DNA of 64,000 nucleotides from Escherichia coli O127:H6 str. E2348/69 (GTDB lineage Bacteria; Pseudomonadota; Gammaproteobacteria; Enterobacterales; Enterobacteriaceae): NCBI RefSeq assembly GCF_000026545.1, contig NC_011601.1; one strand, 5' to 3'. Shown piece by piece: positions 53,514 to 64,000 of this stretch (position 1 is its first letter; each line of letters starts with the position of its first letter). The notes under the pieces were generated by a model. It saw only the letters and a program-made list of their open reading frames with translations, ran no database searches and was not told where the DNA came from. The position numbers and the translations under genes were made by a program.

Positions 53514-54644
53514 GGGAACAACTTTCGGGCGCAAAAACATTGCCGGAAGCGCCACCAGCGCCATCACCCAGAACACGCCGTGGCCGAGATATTGATACAG
53601 GAAACCGGCGAAAACGGTCATGATGGCGATACTGCCGCCCATCGCGACGGCAGAGTAAACCGCCTGTAAACGGATGACTTCGCTACCCTGGCGAGCAGCA
53701 ATATAGCGCATGGCAGCCAGGTGGCAGACCGTGAAGGTACCGCAATGCAGAATTTGCACCACTATCAACCACGGCAACGCCGTAGTTGCTCCCATAATGC
53801 CCCAGCGCACTACGCCGCAAATCGCCGAGATCAACAGCATATCGCGTGCACTACAACGGCGGAAAAGTTTATTACTCAGCGCAAAGATAATGACTTCCGC
53901 CACCACGCCCAGCGACCACAAATACCCCACCGCCGAGGCCGAGTAGCCAGCTGCCTGCCAGTAAATGGCGCTAAAACCGTAATAGGCCGCATGTGCCCCC
54001 TGCAATAAACAAACGCAGGCCAGAAAGCGCCAGTTCTGGCGAACCAACGCCAACCACGCAGACCAGCCGGTGCTCTCCTGCTGGCGGCTTGCCCCTTGTG
54101 GCTGAATCGTCGGACGGATGAGAAAGCCGAGCAGCATGGATGCCACGCCCAACGTCAACAGCGCGAGGATCACCCGATAATCAAACATACTGACCAGTTT
54201 GCCCGTCAGCGCCGAGCCAATGACAAACGCCACCGAGCCCCACAGTCTCACTTTGCCGTAATCAAGCGAGAACTGCTTTTGCCACGTATTCGCCAGTGCA
54301 TCGGTCAACGGTACCAGCGGTGAGAAAAAGAGGTTAAAGCCAATCATCACCAGCATCAGCCACGCTACGTGCGCCCCCGCCCAGAAGGCGACAGCAAAGA
54401 GAAGTGTCAGCAGTGCCAGCACGCGCAAGGCGGAAATCAGGCGGGAAGGATCGCTGACGCGGGGCGCGATGAGCAAACTCCCGAGGAAACGGGCAACCAG
54501 ACCCGCCCCCAATAACAGGCCGATGGTTTCTGGCGTTAAACCAATCCCTTTAAGCCAGACGCTCCAGAAAGGTAGAAAAATGCCGTAACTAAAAAAGTAT
54601 GTGAAATAGCCGAGCGCCAACCAGCGCGTGGATTGCAAAACCAT
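53505..54644 (-). CDS. hcaT: MFS transporter HcaT
   Basis: 379 aa, about 12 hydrophobic segments; synteny next to csiE. Confidence 0.85.
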   Translation of the reverse strand: MVLQSTRWLALGYFTYFFSYGIFLPFWSVWLKGIGLTPETIGLLLGAGLVARFLGSLLIAPRVSDPSRLISALRVLALLTLLFAVAFWAGAHVAWLMLVMIGFNLFFSPLVPLTDALANTWQKQFSLDYGKVRLWGSVAFVIGSALTGKLVSMFDYRVILALLTLGVASMLLGFLIRPTIQPQGASRQQESTGWSAWLALVRQNWRFLACVCLLQGAHAAYYGFSAIYWQAAGYSASAVGYLWSLGVVAEVIIFALSNKLFRRCSARDMLLISAICGVVRWGIMGATTALPWLIVVQILHCGTFTVCHLAAMRYIAARQGSEVIRLQAVYSAVAMGGSIAIMTVFAGFLYQYLGHGVFWVMALVALPAMFLRPKVVPSC

Positions 54645-55012
54645 GAGTCCCTCCCGTCAGGAGGCGTTAGTCTGAGGTTAATCGAATGTTGGTGCAAGTT
54701 GAAAAATAAGAATATTCGAGCCTGCTTCCTGACGGTTATCCTGCATATCAGGAAATGACAAAAAAGAGCGGCCCACAACACAACATGTAAAAAAGAACGA
54801 TGAAACAGGTGAAAATCGCAATTTATTGAACTGACAAACTCATGTGAGACGGATAAGGCGTGCATGTCGCATCCGGCAGGAAACAATAAGCACATTGTCA
54901 GCCATCTGCGTTATGCCGTTATACCAGAAACGAATATCTCAACGCCTGGGCGTGGCGAGGTACCAGAGTGTGTATTACGTTTAAATCACATCATCTTGCA
55001 AAGGGATTGGTT

Positions 55013-55435
55013 ATGAACTCACTACGTTATTTTGATTTTGGCACTGCCCGCCCCGTTTTATTATTAATTGCCCGTATCGCCGTGGTCTTAATTTTCATTA
55101 TTTTTGGTTTTCCCAAAATGATGGGCTTTGGCGGTACGGTCCAATATATGGCCTCGCTGGGCGCACCAATGCCGATGCTGGCAGCGATTATTGCGGTAGT
55201 TATGGAAGTGCCCGCCGCGATATTAATCGTGCTTGGCTTTTTCACCCGTCCGCTGGCGGTGCTGTTTATTTTCTACACGCTGGGTACGGCGGTGATTGGC
55301 CACCATTACTGGGATATGACCGGCGATGCGGTTGGGCCAAATATTATTAATTTCTGGAAGAATGTCAGTATCGCTGGCGCATTCCTGCTGTTGGCAATTA
55401 CCGGGCCGGGGGCGATTTCTCTCGATCGGCGTTAG
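55013..55435 (+). CDS. yphA: DoxX-family inner membrane protein YphA
   Basis: Start at internal 'MNSLRYFDF' gives 140 aa; hydrophobic. Confidence 0.8.
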   Translation: MNSLRYFDFGTARPVLLLIARIAVVLIFIIFGFPKMMGFGGTVQYMASLGAPMPMLAAIIAVVMEVPAAILIVLGFFTRPLAVLFIFYTLGTAVIGHHYWDMTGDAVGPNIINFWKNVSIAGAFLLLAITGPGAISLDRR

Positions 55436-55437
55436 GA

Positions 55438-55592
<155 letters not shown>

Positions 55593-55594
55593 AA

Positions 55595-56467
55595 TTACAG
55601 CAACGCAACCCGCAACGACATCTCTGAAATTGTTGATTCCCCTGGTGCAAGCGCAATGAGGTCACCACCGTCCGGACGATGATGGTCATCCGGCGCATGG
55701 CTCATCGGTTCCAGACAGAAGAAATCAAACGCATATCCTTTATCAAACGCAGGGTCTGAAACAAAGATGAAATAACACTGTGCAGGTGGCGTCGTTTCCA
55801 TGATGATGGCATAACCCTCCTGCGGCTGCTCGATGCGGGCCTTACCATTCCATCCGGCAAAACCATTGTTTACCCACTGGCGCGGCAACGGCGCGAGCTG
55901 GTTAAAATCCAGCTCCTGCGGTAGCTGCTCGCAAAACTCACCCGCCAGCCACTGCTCCCGCTCCACCCAGTAACCGCTCGCCTGTGCCTGAATCCGCGTT
56001 TGCGGCGACAACAGAAAATAAGGATGCCAGCCGGTACCAAATGGCAGCGTCTCTGCCCCTTGATTGGTGACAGCGAGCGTCACCGTCAGCGTATCCGCCG
56101 TTAAATGAAATGCCTGGCTTACCCGATAGTGATAAACACCGCTGAGATGTTCATACACCAGACACAAGCTATCATCGCTGCGCGAGACACATTGCCACTC
56201 GCCCAACCAGCCATCGCCGTGTAGATAGTGCGCATCCCACTCAACATTCGGTTGCAGTTGATACTCACGCCCCTGCCAGACAAAACGGTTGCCGCTCACC
56301 CGGTTTGCAAATGGTACCAGCGGAAAACAAGAGGCATCGGTTGCCACACCGCTTTTTTTACCAGGACGTAGCAGCGGCGTCGTATCGCGCCAGAAGCCTT
56401 CGATTACGCCGCCCTGATCAGAAACGTCCAGCTTTAGCGGCCCGTGAGATAGGGTATAGATGGTCAT
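55595..56467 (-). CDS. yphB: Aldose 1-epimerase family protein YphB
   Basis: 290 aa; synteny. Confidence 0.85.
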   Translation of the reverse strand: MTIYTLSHGPLKLDVSDQGGVIEGFWRDTTPLLRPGKKSGVATDASCFPLVPFANRVSGNRFVWQGREYQLQPNVEWDAHYLHGDGWLGEWQCVSRSDDSLCLVYEHLSGVYHYRVSQAFHLTADTLTVTLAVTNQGAETLPFGTGWHPYFLLSPQTRIQAQASGYWVEREQWLAGEFCEQLPQELDFNQLAPLPRQWVNNGFAGWNGKARIEQPQEGYAIIMETTPPAQCYFIFVSDPAFDKGYAFDFFCLEPMSHAPDDHHRPDGGDLIALAPGESTISEMSLRVALL

Positions 56468-56478
56468 CCGCAGACTCC

Positions 56479-57540
56479 TTAATCCGGGAAATTAATCACA
56501 ACTTTCCCGCATTTGCCGCTTGCCATCAGTGCATAAGCATCTTCCGCCTGTTCCAGCGAGAAGCGGTGGGTAATGGCGTTACGCGGCCACAGTTTCCAGT
56601 CCGTTAAATCGTGGGCGCATTTTTCCATATGGAACAGACTGGTCACCCAGGAGCCGATAATCCGCCGTTGATGGTGCATCAGGTCGGCGCTAACCTCGAA
56701 CTCGACTTTTCCGGTTTCACCAATGTAAACCACGCGTCCCCAGTCAGCGGTGGATTGCAGTGCCAGTAAGCGACCTGCGGCATTACCGGAACAATCAAGC
56801 GCAACATCCGCGCCGCCGTGAGTGAGTTCGGCGATTATCTGCGGCAGACCTTCGGTGGTCGCTAAATAGCCGTGATCCATCACTCCTAACTGTTTCGCCA
56901 TCGCCAGACGTTCCGGCAGCATATCAACGCCGATGATCCTTTTTGCACCGCGACCTTTCGCCAGCATCATCGCCATCATCCCGACCGGCCCCAGACCAAC
57001 CACCAGCACGTTATCGCTACCGGAAACCTCGCCGCGCAAAATCCCTTCATACGCCGTACCAACACCGCAACTGATAAACGCGCCATCTTCGTAACTCAGC
57101 GCGTCTGGCAGGAGGATCAGATCTTTTTCTTCCGCCAGCAGGTATTCAGCATGGCCGCCGTCACGCTGCCAGCCGTAAGCCGCTTTTCCTTCGCCAGTAC
57201 AAGAAATAGGAAAACCGCGACGGCAGTTCGGGCAAAAACCACAGCCAGAAATGTGATACACCAGCACGCGGTCGCCCTCTTTAAAATGGCGGCAGCCTTG
57301 CCCCATCGCCACAATCTGCCCGCACGGTTCATGACCGTTGATAAATCCCTGGTATAACGGTTTATCGGGTGCCGCCGCCGTAGCGCGGTGCTGGTGGTAG
57401 ATATAGTGGACATCGCTTCCGCAAATCCCGGAGGATTTCATTTTGATCAGTACCTGGTTAATCCCCGGCGTCGGCACCGCAACTTCCCGCAGATCGACGG
57501 TCGAATTTCCTGGTAAATAAGCTGCCAGCATCGTTTTCAT
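56479..57540 (-). CDS. yphC: Zinc-dependent alcohol dehydrogenase family protein YphC
   Basis: 'GICGSDVHY' and 'GHEPCG' Zn-ADH motifs; start at internal Met gives 353 aa. Confidence 0.85.
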   Translation of the reverse strand: MKTMLAAYLPGNSTVDLREVAVPTPGINQVLIKMKSSGICGSDVHYIYHQHRATAAAPDKPLYQGFINGHEPCGQIVAMGQGCRHFKEGDRVLVYHISGCGFCPNCRRGFPISCTGEGKAAYGWQRDGGHAEYLLAEEKDLILLPDALSYEDGAFISCGVGTAYEGILRGEVSGSDNVLVVGLGPVGMMAMMLAKGRGAKRIIGVDMLPERLAMAKQLGVMDHGYLATTEGLPQIIAELTHGGADVALDCSGNAAGRLLALQSTADWGRVVYIGETGKVEFEVSADLMHHQRRIIGSWVTSLFHMEKCAHDLTDWKLWPRNAITHRFSLEQAEDAYALMASGKCGKVVINFPD

Positions 57541-57605
57541 AAATCCCTCATTAACAATACGATTAATTTTCATCCCTGCCGCACCTGCGCCAGGGGCGTT
57601 AAGGT

Positions 57606-58604
57606 TTAGCGTTTCGCTTTACTGCTACGCTGGGTCAGCAAGATATTCGCCAGCACCGCCACCACGATGATGACGCCGCGCACCACCTGCTGGAAAAAGG
57701 AGTTAATCCCGAGCAGCACCAGACCGTTACCGATTAGCGTAATCACCAGTACGCCAAGCAGCGTACCGAACAACGAGCCGCGACCGCCGGAAAGCGCCGT
57801 ACCGCCGACAACGACCGCGGCGATGACGTCAAACTCCAGACCGTTTGCGGCACCTGCGTTACCGGAACCGAGGCGCGCCGCCAACAAAATGCCGGTCACC
57901 GCCGCTAATAATCCCGAAAGGGTAAAAATAAGAATGCGTACCCGACGAACGTTAATACCGCACAACTGCGCTGCAGTGGCATTACCGCCAACAGCAAAAA
58001 CCGAGCGCCCGAAGGCGGTTTTGCGGCTAATGAACACAAACAGCGCAAATAACACCATCATGATCAGCGCGGATACCGGCACCCCGAGAAATTGTCCGCC
58101 CAGCCAGTCCAGCACTTCGTTTTCGTTAATTGGCACTGGCAAGGCGTTCGTCATAAACAGCCCCATTCCGCGCAGGGCGCTCCATAAACCCAGCGTGGCA
58201 ACAAAACTTGGCACGTTAAACACGCCGCGCAGCACCCCGGCGAGCGTTCCCATCAGCGCACCTAACAGCAACACCAGCAGACAAGCAATCGCCAGCGGAA
58301 CGTCAAATTGCAGCAAAAACGCCAGGCACACTGAAACAAAAGCCACCATCGGCCCAACGCTGACATCAATTTCACCGGAGATAATAATCAGCGTCATCGC
58401 CCAGGCGGCGATCCCAATGGTGGCGGCATCGCGCAGCACGTTCATCTGGTTATTCAATGAGATAAAGCCAGGCGCATTCAGGGAGAAGACCAGATAAAGA
58501 ATGGCAATCACCACCAGCAAACCGATCTCATTAATATGGCGACTGACAAATTGTTTGAGCGAGACGCTCTTGCCCTGCGGCAATGGTAATGACGAAGCAG
58601 ACAT
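57606..58604 (-). CDS. yphD: Sugar ABC transporter permease YphD
   Basis: 332 aa polytopic membrane protein; synteny. Confidence 0.85.
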   Translation of the reverse strand: MSASSLPLPQGKSVSLKQFVSRHINEIGLLVVIAILYLVFSLNAPGFISLNNQMNVLRDAATIGIAAWAMTLIIISGEIDVSVGPMVAFVSVCLAFLLQFDVPLAIACLLVLLLGALMGTLAGVLRGVFNVPSFVATLGLWSALRGMGLFMTNALPVPINENEVLDWLGGQFLGVPVSALIMMVLFALFVFISRKTAFGRSVFAVGGNATAAQLCGINVRRVRILIFTLSGLLAAVTGILLAARLGSGNAGAANGLEFDVIAAVVVGGTALSGGRGSLFGTLLGVLVITLIGNGLVLLGINSFFQQVVRGVIIVVAVLANILLTQRSSKAKR

Positions 58605-58628
58605 CTTCAGGTTCCTCGGTAAAATTCA

Positions 58629-60140
58629 TCAGTGCACAGACAGAATGGCGGACATCAGCTCATCCACATTGACCGGAGAGTGAAACTCCTGCGAGAACGT
58701 ACCGTGCTGTAACAACAGAATGCGGTCGCACACCAACGGTAACTCCTCCACTTCACTGGAGATAAACACCACGCTTTTTCCTTCGGCAGCCAGCTCGCGG
58801 ACAATACGGTAAATCTGCTGTTTGGCTTCGATATCGACGCCGCGCGTTGGCTCGTCGAGCAACAAAATCTGGCTGGCGGCATAGACCCAACGACCGATCA
58901 CCACTTTTTGCTGATTGCCGCCAGAAAGCGTGCCGATGGGCGTTTCGCTACTGGCGGCCTTGACCGTCATCCGCTGCATCACCTCTTCGGTCAGGCGGCG
59001 GATGGTGGACCATTGCAGCACACCGTTGGCGCTGATTTTTTGCCGATTGGTCAGCACTGTATTTTCGTCAACGCCCAACCAGGGAATGATCCCCGCTTCT
59101 TTGCGGTTTTCTGGCGTATAGCCAATGCCGCGTTTCAGCATGTCGCCGTAATCGGGGCGCGTGATTTTCTCGCCGTTGATAACAATTTCGCCCTGTTCAT
59201 ACGTCTCCAGCCCAACAATCGCCTTCAGCAATTCACTGCGCCCTGCCCCCAGCAGACCAGCAATGCCGAGCACTTCGCCACGACGTAGTGTAAAACTGAT
59301 ATCCTCCAGCTTGGGCTTATGGCGTAACGCACGGACTTCCAGCACGGCCTGATCCATAATTTCCTGAGGGGCAACCGGCGCAATATCAACGTGATCGCGC
59401 CCGAGCATTAGCGACACAATATGATGCGTAGAGGTGTTTTCGAGCATCACATCGCCCGCCACCTGACCATCGCGCATAACGGTGGCACAGGAGGCAATGC
59501 GGCGAATTTCTTCCATCCGGTGGCTGACATAAATCACCGCCACGCCCAGTGCCGACATCTTTTTCACCGCGCTGATCACCAGTTCAACTTCCGCACTGGC
59601 AAGCGAGCTGGTGGGTTCATCAAGAATGACCACGCGCGGCTCGCCCTTCATCACCCGCGCAATTTCCACCAGTTGCTTTTGCGCCGGGCTTAGTGTTGAA
59701 ACAAGTTGTTCAGGACTAACGTCAACGCCCAACGCCTGCAAGCAACGTTGGGCGTCCTGCGCCATTTGCAGGTAATCAATCATGCCGTTGCGGCGGGGCC
59801 ACTGACCGAGGCAGAGGTTTTCCGCCACTGTCAGCCCTTCCACCAGACTTAACTCCTGATAAACCGCACGAACCCCCAGTTCAGCGGCACGGCGAGTCAG
59901 CGTAGCTTCGTCACCTTCCAGTCGCGTCTCGCCAATCCAGATATCACCGCTATCCGGACGTTCGCTACCGGTCAGCATTCGAATGAGGGTCGATTTTCCC
60001 GCACCGTTTTTGCCTAACAGCGCGCGAACTTCGCCTTTATTGAGCGTGAAGTTAACGTTATCCAGCGCAACGACGCCGGGGTAACGCTTATTTCCTGCCA
60101 CCACTTTTGCTACCGGGACTGCCTCTGTTGCCGTGAACAT
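58629..60140 (-). CDS. yphE: Sugar ABC transporter ATP-binding protein YphE (tandem ABC domains)
   Basis: Walker A 'GKNGAGKST' and signature 'LSGGNQQK'; 503 aa. Confidence 0.9.
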   Translation of the reverse strand: MFTATEAVPVAKVVAGNKRYPGVVALDNVNFTLNKGEVRALLGKNGAGKSTLIRMLTGSERPDSGDIWIGETRLEGDEATLTRRAAELGVRAVYQELSLVEGLTVAENLCLGQWPRRNGMIDYLQMAQDAQRCLQALGVDVSPEQLVSTLSPAQKQLVEIARVMKGEPRVVILDEPTSSLASAEVELVISAVKKMSALGVAVIYVSHRMEEIRRIASCATVMRDGQVAGDVMLENTSTHHIVSLMLGRDHVDIAPVAPQEIMDQAVLEVRALRHKPKLEDISFTLRRGEVLGIAGLLGAGRSELLKAIVGLETYEQGEIVINGEKITRPDYGDMLKRGIGYTPENRKEAGIIPWLGVDENTVLTNRQKISANGVLQWSTIRRLTEEVMQRMTVKAASSETPIGTLSGGNQQKVVIGRWVYAASQILLLDEPTRGVDIEAKQQIYRIVRELAAEGKSVVFISSEVEELPLVCDRILLLQHGTFSQEFHSPVNVDELMSAILSVH

Positions 60141-60162
60141 AGGGACCTCTGCGAATCAGCGA

Positions 60163-61146
60163 TTAGGGCAGACCATCAACGTGCGTTGCCAGCCACTGTT
60201 TACCGTCTTCCGTTTTGGTATAGAGATCGATTGGCACCTGAATCACTTTTTCACCGTCGGCTTGTTTATTGATAACCTTCAATGTTTGCGCGAAAACAGC
60301 ATTGCCCATTTTCTTACCGGAAATATCCACCACCGCTTTCAGCACCTGGTTGTTTTCCAGCTCCTGAGCAATTTCAGTGGTCATATCAGAACCGAAAACA
60401 GCAATTTTTCCGGCCTGATTTTGATTACGTACCGCTTTTACCGCGCCGAGTGTCGCTCCGCCCGATTCCCCCATAATGGCGTTGAGATCCGGCGTGGAGA
60501 TAATCAGTTTTTCACCGACAGAAATCGCTTTATCTAAAACAGTCCCTTCCTGATTAGCGACAATTTGCGCGCCGGGAACGCGGGTTTTTAATACTTCTTC
60601 AAACCCTTTACGACGTTGCACACAAACTTCAAAGGCTTCGCAATTGATGACGGCAATTTTCGGCTGGTCAATTTTGTTGGCAATAAAATAATCGGCGGCT
60701 GCGTTACCCAGTTTTTTACCAAATTCCAGCGGGTCACCAACCAGATATGCCGAGACATATTTATCGACACCCTTTTGATTAATACAGGTGTTGTAGCAAA
60801 TCACCGGAATACCCGCTTCACTGGCGCGACGAACGGTACGGCTACTGCCATTTTCAGACACTGCCGATAAAATAATGGCATCGACATTACGCGCCACGAG
60901 GGTATCAACAAAGGTACTTTCTTTCGAAATATCGCCCTGAGCGTTAGTTTCAATTAACTGTACCTGTACTGAAGAATCTTTTGCCGCATCCTGAACACCC
61001 TGACGCACTCCGGCGTAATATCCCTGGGTATCAAGGTATATTGCGCCAATAGTCATTTCTTTATCAGAAGCCCTGGCAAATAGTGCGCTACCCAATAGCG
61101 TAGCCATTAATAATAAATTACGGGTTCTTGTCATTTTTTTAGGCAT
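60163..61146 (-). CDS. yphF: ABC transporter periplasmic sugar-binding protein YphF
   Basis: 327 aa with signal peptide; synteny. Confidence 0.85.
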   Translation of the reverse strand: MPKKMTRTRNLLLMATLLGSALFARASDKEMTIGAIYLDTQGYYAGVRQGVQDAAKDSSVQVQLIETNAQGDISKESTFVDTLVARNVDAIILSAVSENGSSRTVRRASEAGIPVICYNTCINQKGVDKYVSAYLVGDPLEFGKKLGNAAADYFIANKIDQPKIAVINCEAFEVCVQRRKGFEEVLKTRVPGAQIVANQEGTVLDKAISVGEKLIISTPDLNAIMGESGGATLGAVKAVRNQNQAGKIAVFGSDMTTEIAQELENNQVLKAVVDISGKKMGNAVFAQTLKVINKQADGEKVIQVPIDLYTKTEDGKQWLATHVDGLP

Positions 61147-61189
61147 AGTGCCTCCTGTAGGGTTTTTATTTACAACGGCTTATTTTAAT

Positions 61190-61228
61190 TATTTGAGCGT
61201 GAGCGGCAGCGCGTGCCGCTCAAATATT
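61190..61228 (-). terminator. yphG intrinsic terminator
   Basis: Long hairpin tttgagcg-tgagcggcagcgcgtgccgc-tcaaat between yphG and yphF. Confidence 0.5.
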
Positions 61229-61242
61229 ACAGTTAATAGGGT

Positions 61243-64000
61243 TTAGTGAACGTAGCTAAAAATAAAAGGCATCACGGTGGTGAATAATGCCGCTTTCGGC
61301 CAGGCTGGATTAATCGCCATCAATTCAGCGCGAGCAGATTCATAGTGCGCAACCTCCCCTAATCCCGCGGCCGCCAGCATCGCCACCATCAGGCATTTTT
61401 CTTTATGCTGCTGTTGTAAATCGCCATACAGCGACAACAAGTCAGGCTGCGAGACGGCAAAGAAATCCGCTTCGATACTGGTTTTCGCCATCTCTTGTGC
61501 CCACTGTTTCATTTCACTAAACAGTTGCTGTGCGGTGTGTTGTTCGCCCAGCAGTCGCAGCGCCATTCCTTGCCAGAAGAGATAATCAACCGGCTGATCG
61601 TTGTAATAACTGTGGATGTTAATGGTGCGATCGCCGGTCGCCGCCAGACGTAAACAACGCGTCGCTTCAGTTTCATCGCCCTGCACGTTGGCGCATACTG
61701 CCTGCCAGAACCAGATGTCGTTGTCAGTTTGCCCCGGTAAACGGCCTTCGCTTAAATTCTCCGGATAATGCAGCGCGGCATGAAGCAGTTCGCTGGCCTG
61801 CTGCGGCTGTCTGGCATCAAGATGCTGCCAGGCGCGTAATAACTGGTTGAGGATAAACTGGCTGGTGACCTTCCCTTCCCCACCTTCCCACGGGTGGAAT
61901 TTGCGCGTGGCGAGAATGTCCGCCGCTTTGTCTGCCTGACCAGTGAGATGCCACAAATTGAGCAGTTCTGCGGTCATGTCGTCGCGTTTCAGCGCAATTT
62001 CCAGATTATTTTCCAGACGCGCCAGTCGTTTCTCCGGTGTGACACCGCTTAACTTATCCAGCAAATCCCGTTCGAAAAGCAGACGAGCATCCTGCGGCGC
62101 AAGCTGATAAGCATTATCAAGATAACGCGCGGCCAGCTCATAATCGTGCTGCTTATTCCACGCATGGATCGCCAACCCGCGCCAGCCGTCGGCAAACTCC
62201 GGCGACATCTCTACGCAACGCTGCCATAAGGCAATGGCTTTGCCGTAGCTACGCTTGTTGTAGTAGAAGCAGGCCAGTAAATGCCGGGCAAACCAGCACT
62301 CTTCGATACTCTCCAGCGCCGCCACTTCTTCCAGCGTATTCGGGAAACGGACAAACTGCGGGAAGGCATCAATAGCTTTTACGACCAGTTCTCCGCGTTC
62401 AGCTTTTGGTAGCAAACTGGCTTGCAGGTAAAGCGGTAGCGTGCGCTGACAGTCCAGTGCGTTCAGCATATCTGCCGCCAGGGCGGGCATGCCCCAGTTA
62501 ATCAGTTGCCCGGCGGTCATCAGGGCGTTAACGTCGCGTCCCTGACAAAGACCTCGCCACTGCGCGAGGGCTGATTCGCTACGACCATCGAACCAGTTCA
62601 GCCACCACAGAGTGGCGTTCAGCGGATAATCACGCAGCAGTTTCTCGCGCTGCAAACGCGCGTTGTCCTGACGACCACTTAACACCAGTAGCAGGTTATG
62701 CAGGCAAAGCACTTCCTGATTGGTTGGGCAGGCGCGAAGACTTTGTTGGCAAAAATCCAGACCAGTGTCGAAGTTACCATTACGCGCCGCCAGTCGTGCC
62801 AGACCATAATAGCCACCGGCTTTACTGTTGCCGCTCCAGACCGCACGCCAGAAATCCTCTTCGGCTTGTTGATATTGCCCCTGACGTTCGTAAGCACTGG
62901 CGCGAATCAAACTCGCCTGTCCGCACTGCGGATTTTTGTTCAGCGCATGTGCGCGTTTCAGTGCCTGACTGGCATATACCACCGCTTGCGGGAAATCTGC
63001 ACGGTTATATTCCAGCATTGCCAGCGCCAGATTACAGCGATAATCCAGCGGATCCAGCGCCACGCCGCGCAGGTAGTAATCGAACGGTGAACGGCTCGCG
63101 TGATGATATTGCTCCAGATGTTGACCGATAAACCAGGTTTCATCTGTACTGGTAATGTCTTGTGCTGCCAGTGGCGCTTTGGCGACGTCCGGCAACGGCA
63201 ACTCTTGCGGCTGATGTTCCTGATAACTCAGTATGATATTGCCGTCGGCATCGGAGAGCTCAATGGTCAGCCTTTCAGGATTGATACCGTGCAACACGCC
63301 CTGGATGGCGGTCGCTGGTGTCAGGGCCACGGCATCATCGAGCAACGCGTTGCATTTGCCGATTTCGCGGATCGCCAGGCGGTATCCGTTCAACGGAGAG
63401 ATGGCATACAGCCCCCACTCAATCCCCCGCTCACTACGCTGGAGTTTTATCACCGCATCGCGGGAGGCATTTTGCACCATGCCCAGAGAATGATAAGGCA
63501 GGAAATACTGCTCGAAACGCTTCTCCTCGTAAGCATCAAGCCAGGTAAAATCAGGCTGGTTATCGGCAAAAATACCGGTCATCAGTTCGATATACGGGCC
63601 GTTATTGTCAGTCAGGCTCTTATCCCACGCCTGGCCAAATTCACTGTGTCCCCAGCTCCACTGTTTTTTACCTGGCGCAATATGGTGGTTGGCAACGTGT
63701 AGCAAACCACCATCTTCATCGTGACACCACGCGCCAACAAAATCGTACTGTGATTTTTCAGCCATATATGAGGTTGGAACGGGCACATTTTTATAGCGAG
63801 AAATGTCCACTCCGGCGGAGTAGTCCACTTTGTAGTAAGTGCCGGTGGCGATGGGGAAAGCGGAGACGGCCCGTTTGCCGTGATCAAACACCGCCGTTAC
63901 ATCCGGCGGGAAGACGCTCTGATGCCCTTCCCCCCCTTTCACTGCCGGGTTGGCCCACCACAAGAAATGACGCGGCGTGGCGTTGCCGTTATAGACTCGG
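61243..64000 (-). CDS. yphG: TPR-repeat protein YphG, 5'-partial (continues beyond window end)
   Basis: Frame is open from 63963 to the window edge; the track start at 63963 is a TTG, not a true N-terminus. Confidence 0.8.
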   Translation of the reverse strand, partial: RVYNGNATPRHFLWWANPAVKGGEGHQSVFPPDVTAVFDHGKRAVSAFPIATGTYYKVDYSAGVDISRYKNVPVPTSYMAEKSQYDFVGAWCHDEDGGLLHVANHHIAPGKKQWSWGHSEFGQAWDKSLTDNNGPYIELMTGIFADNQPDFTWLDAYEEKRFEQYFLPYHSLGMVQNASRDAVIKLQRSERGIEWGLYAISPLNGYRLAIREIGKCNALLDDAVALTPATAIQGVLHGINPERLTIELSDADGNIILSYQEHQPQELPLPDVAKAPLAAQDITSTDETWFIGQHLEQYHHASRSPFDYYLRGVALDPLDYRCNLALAMLEYNRADFPQAVVYASQALKRAHALNKNPQCGQASLIRASAYERQGQYQQAEEDFWRAVWSGNSKAGGYYGLARLAARNGNFDTGLDFCQQSLRACPTNQEVLCLHNLLLVLSGRQDNARLQREKLLRDYPLNATLWWLNWFDGRSESALAQWRGLCQGRDVNALMTAGQLINWGMPALAADMLNALDCQRTLPLYLQASLLPKAERGELVVKAIDAFPQFVRFPNTLEEVAALESIEECWFARHLLACFYYNKRSYGKAIALWQRCVEMSPEFADGWRGLAIHAWNKQHDYELAARYLDNAYQLAPQDARLLFERDLLDKLSGVTPEKRLARLENNLEIALKRDDMTAELLNLWHLTGQADKAADILATRKFHPWEGGEGKVTSQFILNQLLRAWQHLDARQPQQASELLHAALHYPENLSEGRLPGQTDNDIWFWQAVCANVQGDETEATRCLRLAATGDRTINIHSYYNDQPVDYLFWQGMALRLLGEQHTAQQLFSEMKQWAQEMAKTSIEADFFAVSQPDLLSLYGDLQQQHKEKCLMVAMLAAAGLGEVAHYESARAELMAINPAWPKAALFTTVMPFIFSYVH

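Overview
This window is an Escherichia coli chromosomal segment (guaBA-xseA-yfgJ ... der-bamB-hisS-ispG-rodZ-rlmN-ndk-pbpC-yfhM-sseAB-pepB-isc/hsc-trmJ-suhB-csiE-hcaT-yphABCDEFG) carrying three accessory insertions. (1) 1..~4530: one end of a prophage-like element abutting the 3' end of guaA, with a Bet-like recombinase, AlpA-like HTH, ASCH-domain protein, MT-A70 adenine methyltransferase and a P4-type tyrosine integrase. (2) ~9500..15340: an adhesin island between yfgJ and der, encoding a SinH-like inverse autotransporter, a SinI-like protein and an Ig-like secreted protein behind a very AT-rich promoter region. (3) ~15910..23250: a compact integrative element next to der, with all genes on the minus strand: P4-type integrase, AlpA-like HTH, HUH rolling-circle Rep, origin-like repeats, and a low-GC two-gene cargo operon. 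That cargo operon (17065..18847) pairs a pentapeptide-repeat protein carrying a C-terminal two-helix, K+-channel-like pore module with a minimal nucleotidyltransferase. I do not recognise it as any described system, and it is my top candidate for a novel defence or abortive-infection module. The remaining ~40 kb is conserved housekeeping sequence with REP elements and intrinsic terminators; the hcaR-hcaEFCBD genes found in K-12 between hcaT and yphA are absent. All calls rest on reading the supplied ORF translations and the DNA by eye; no database search or computation was run.
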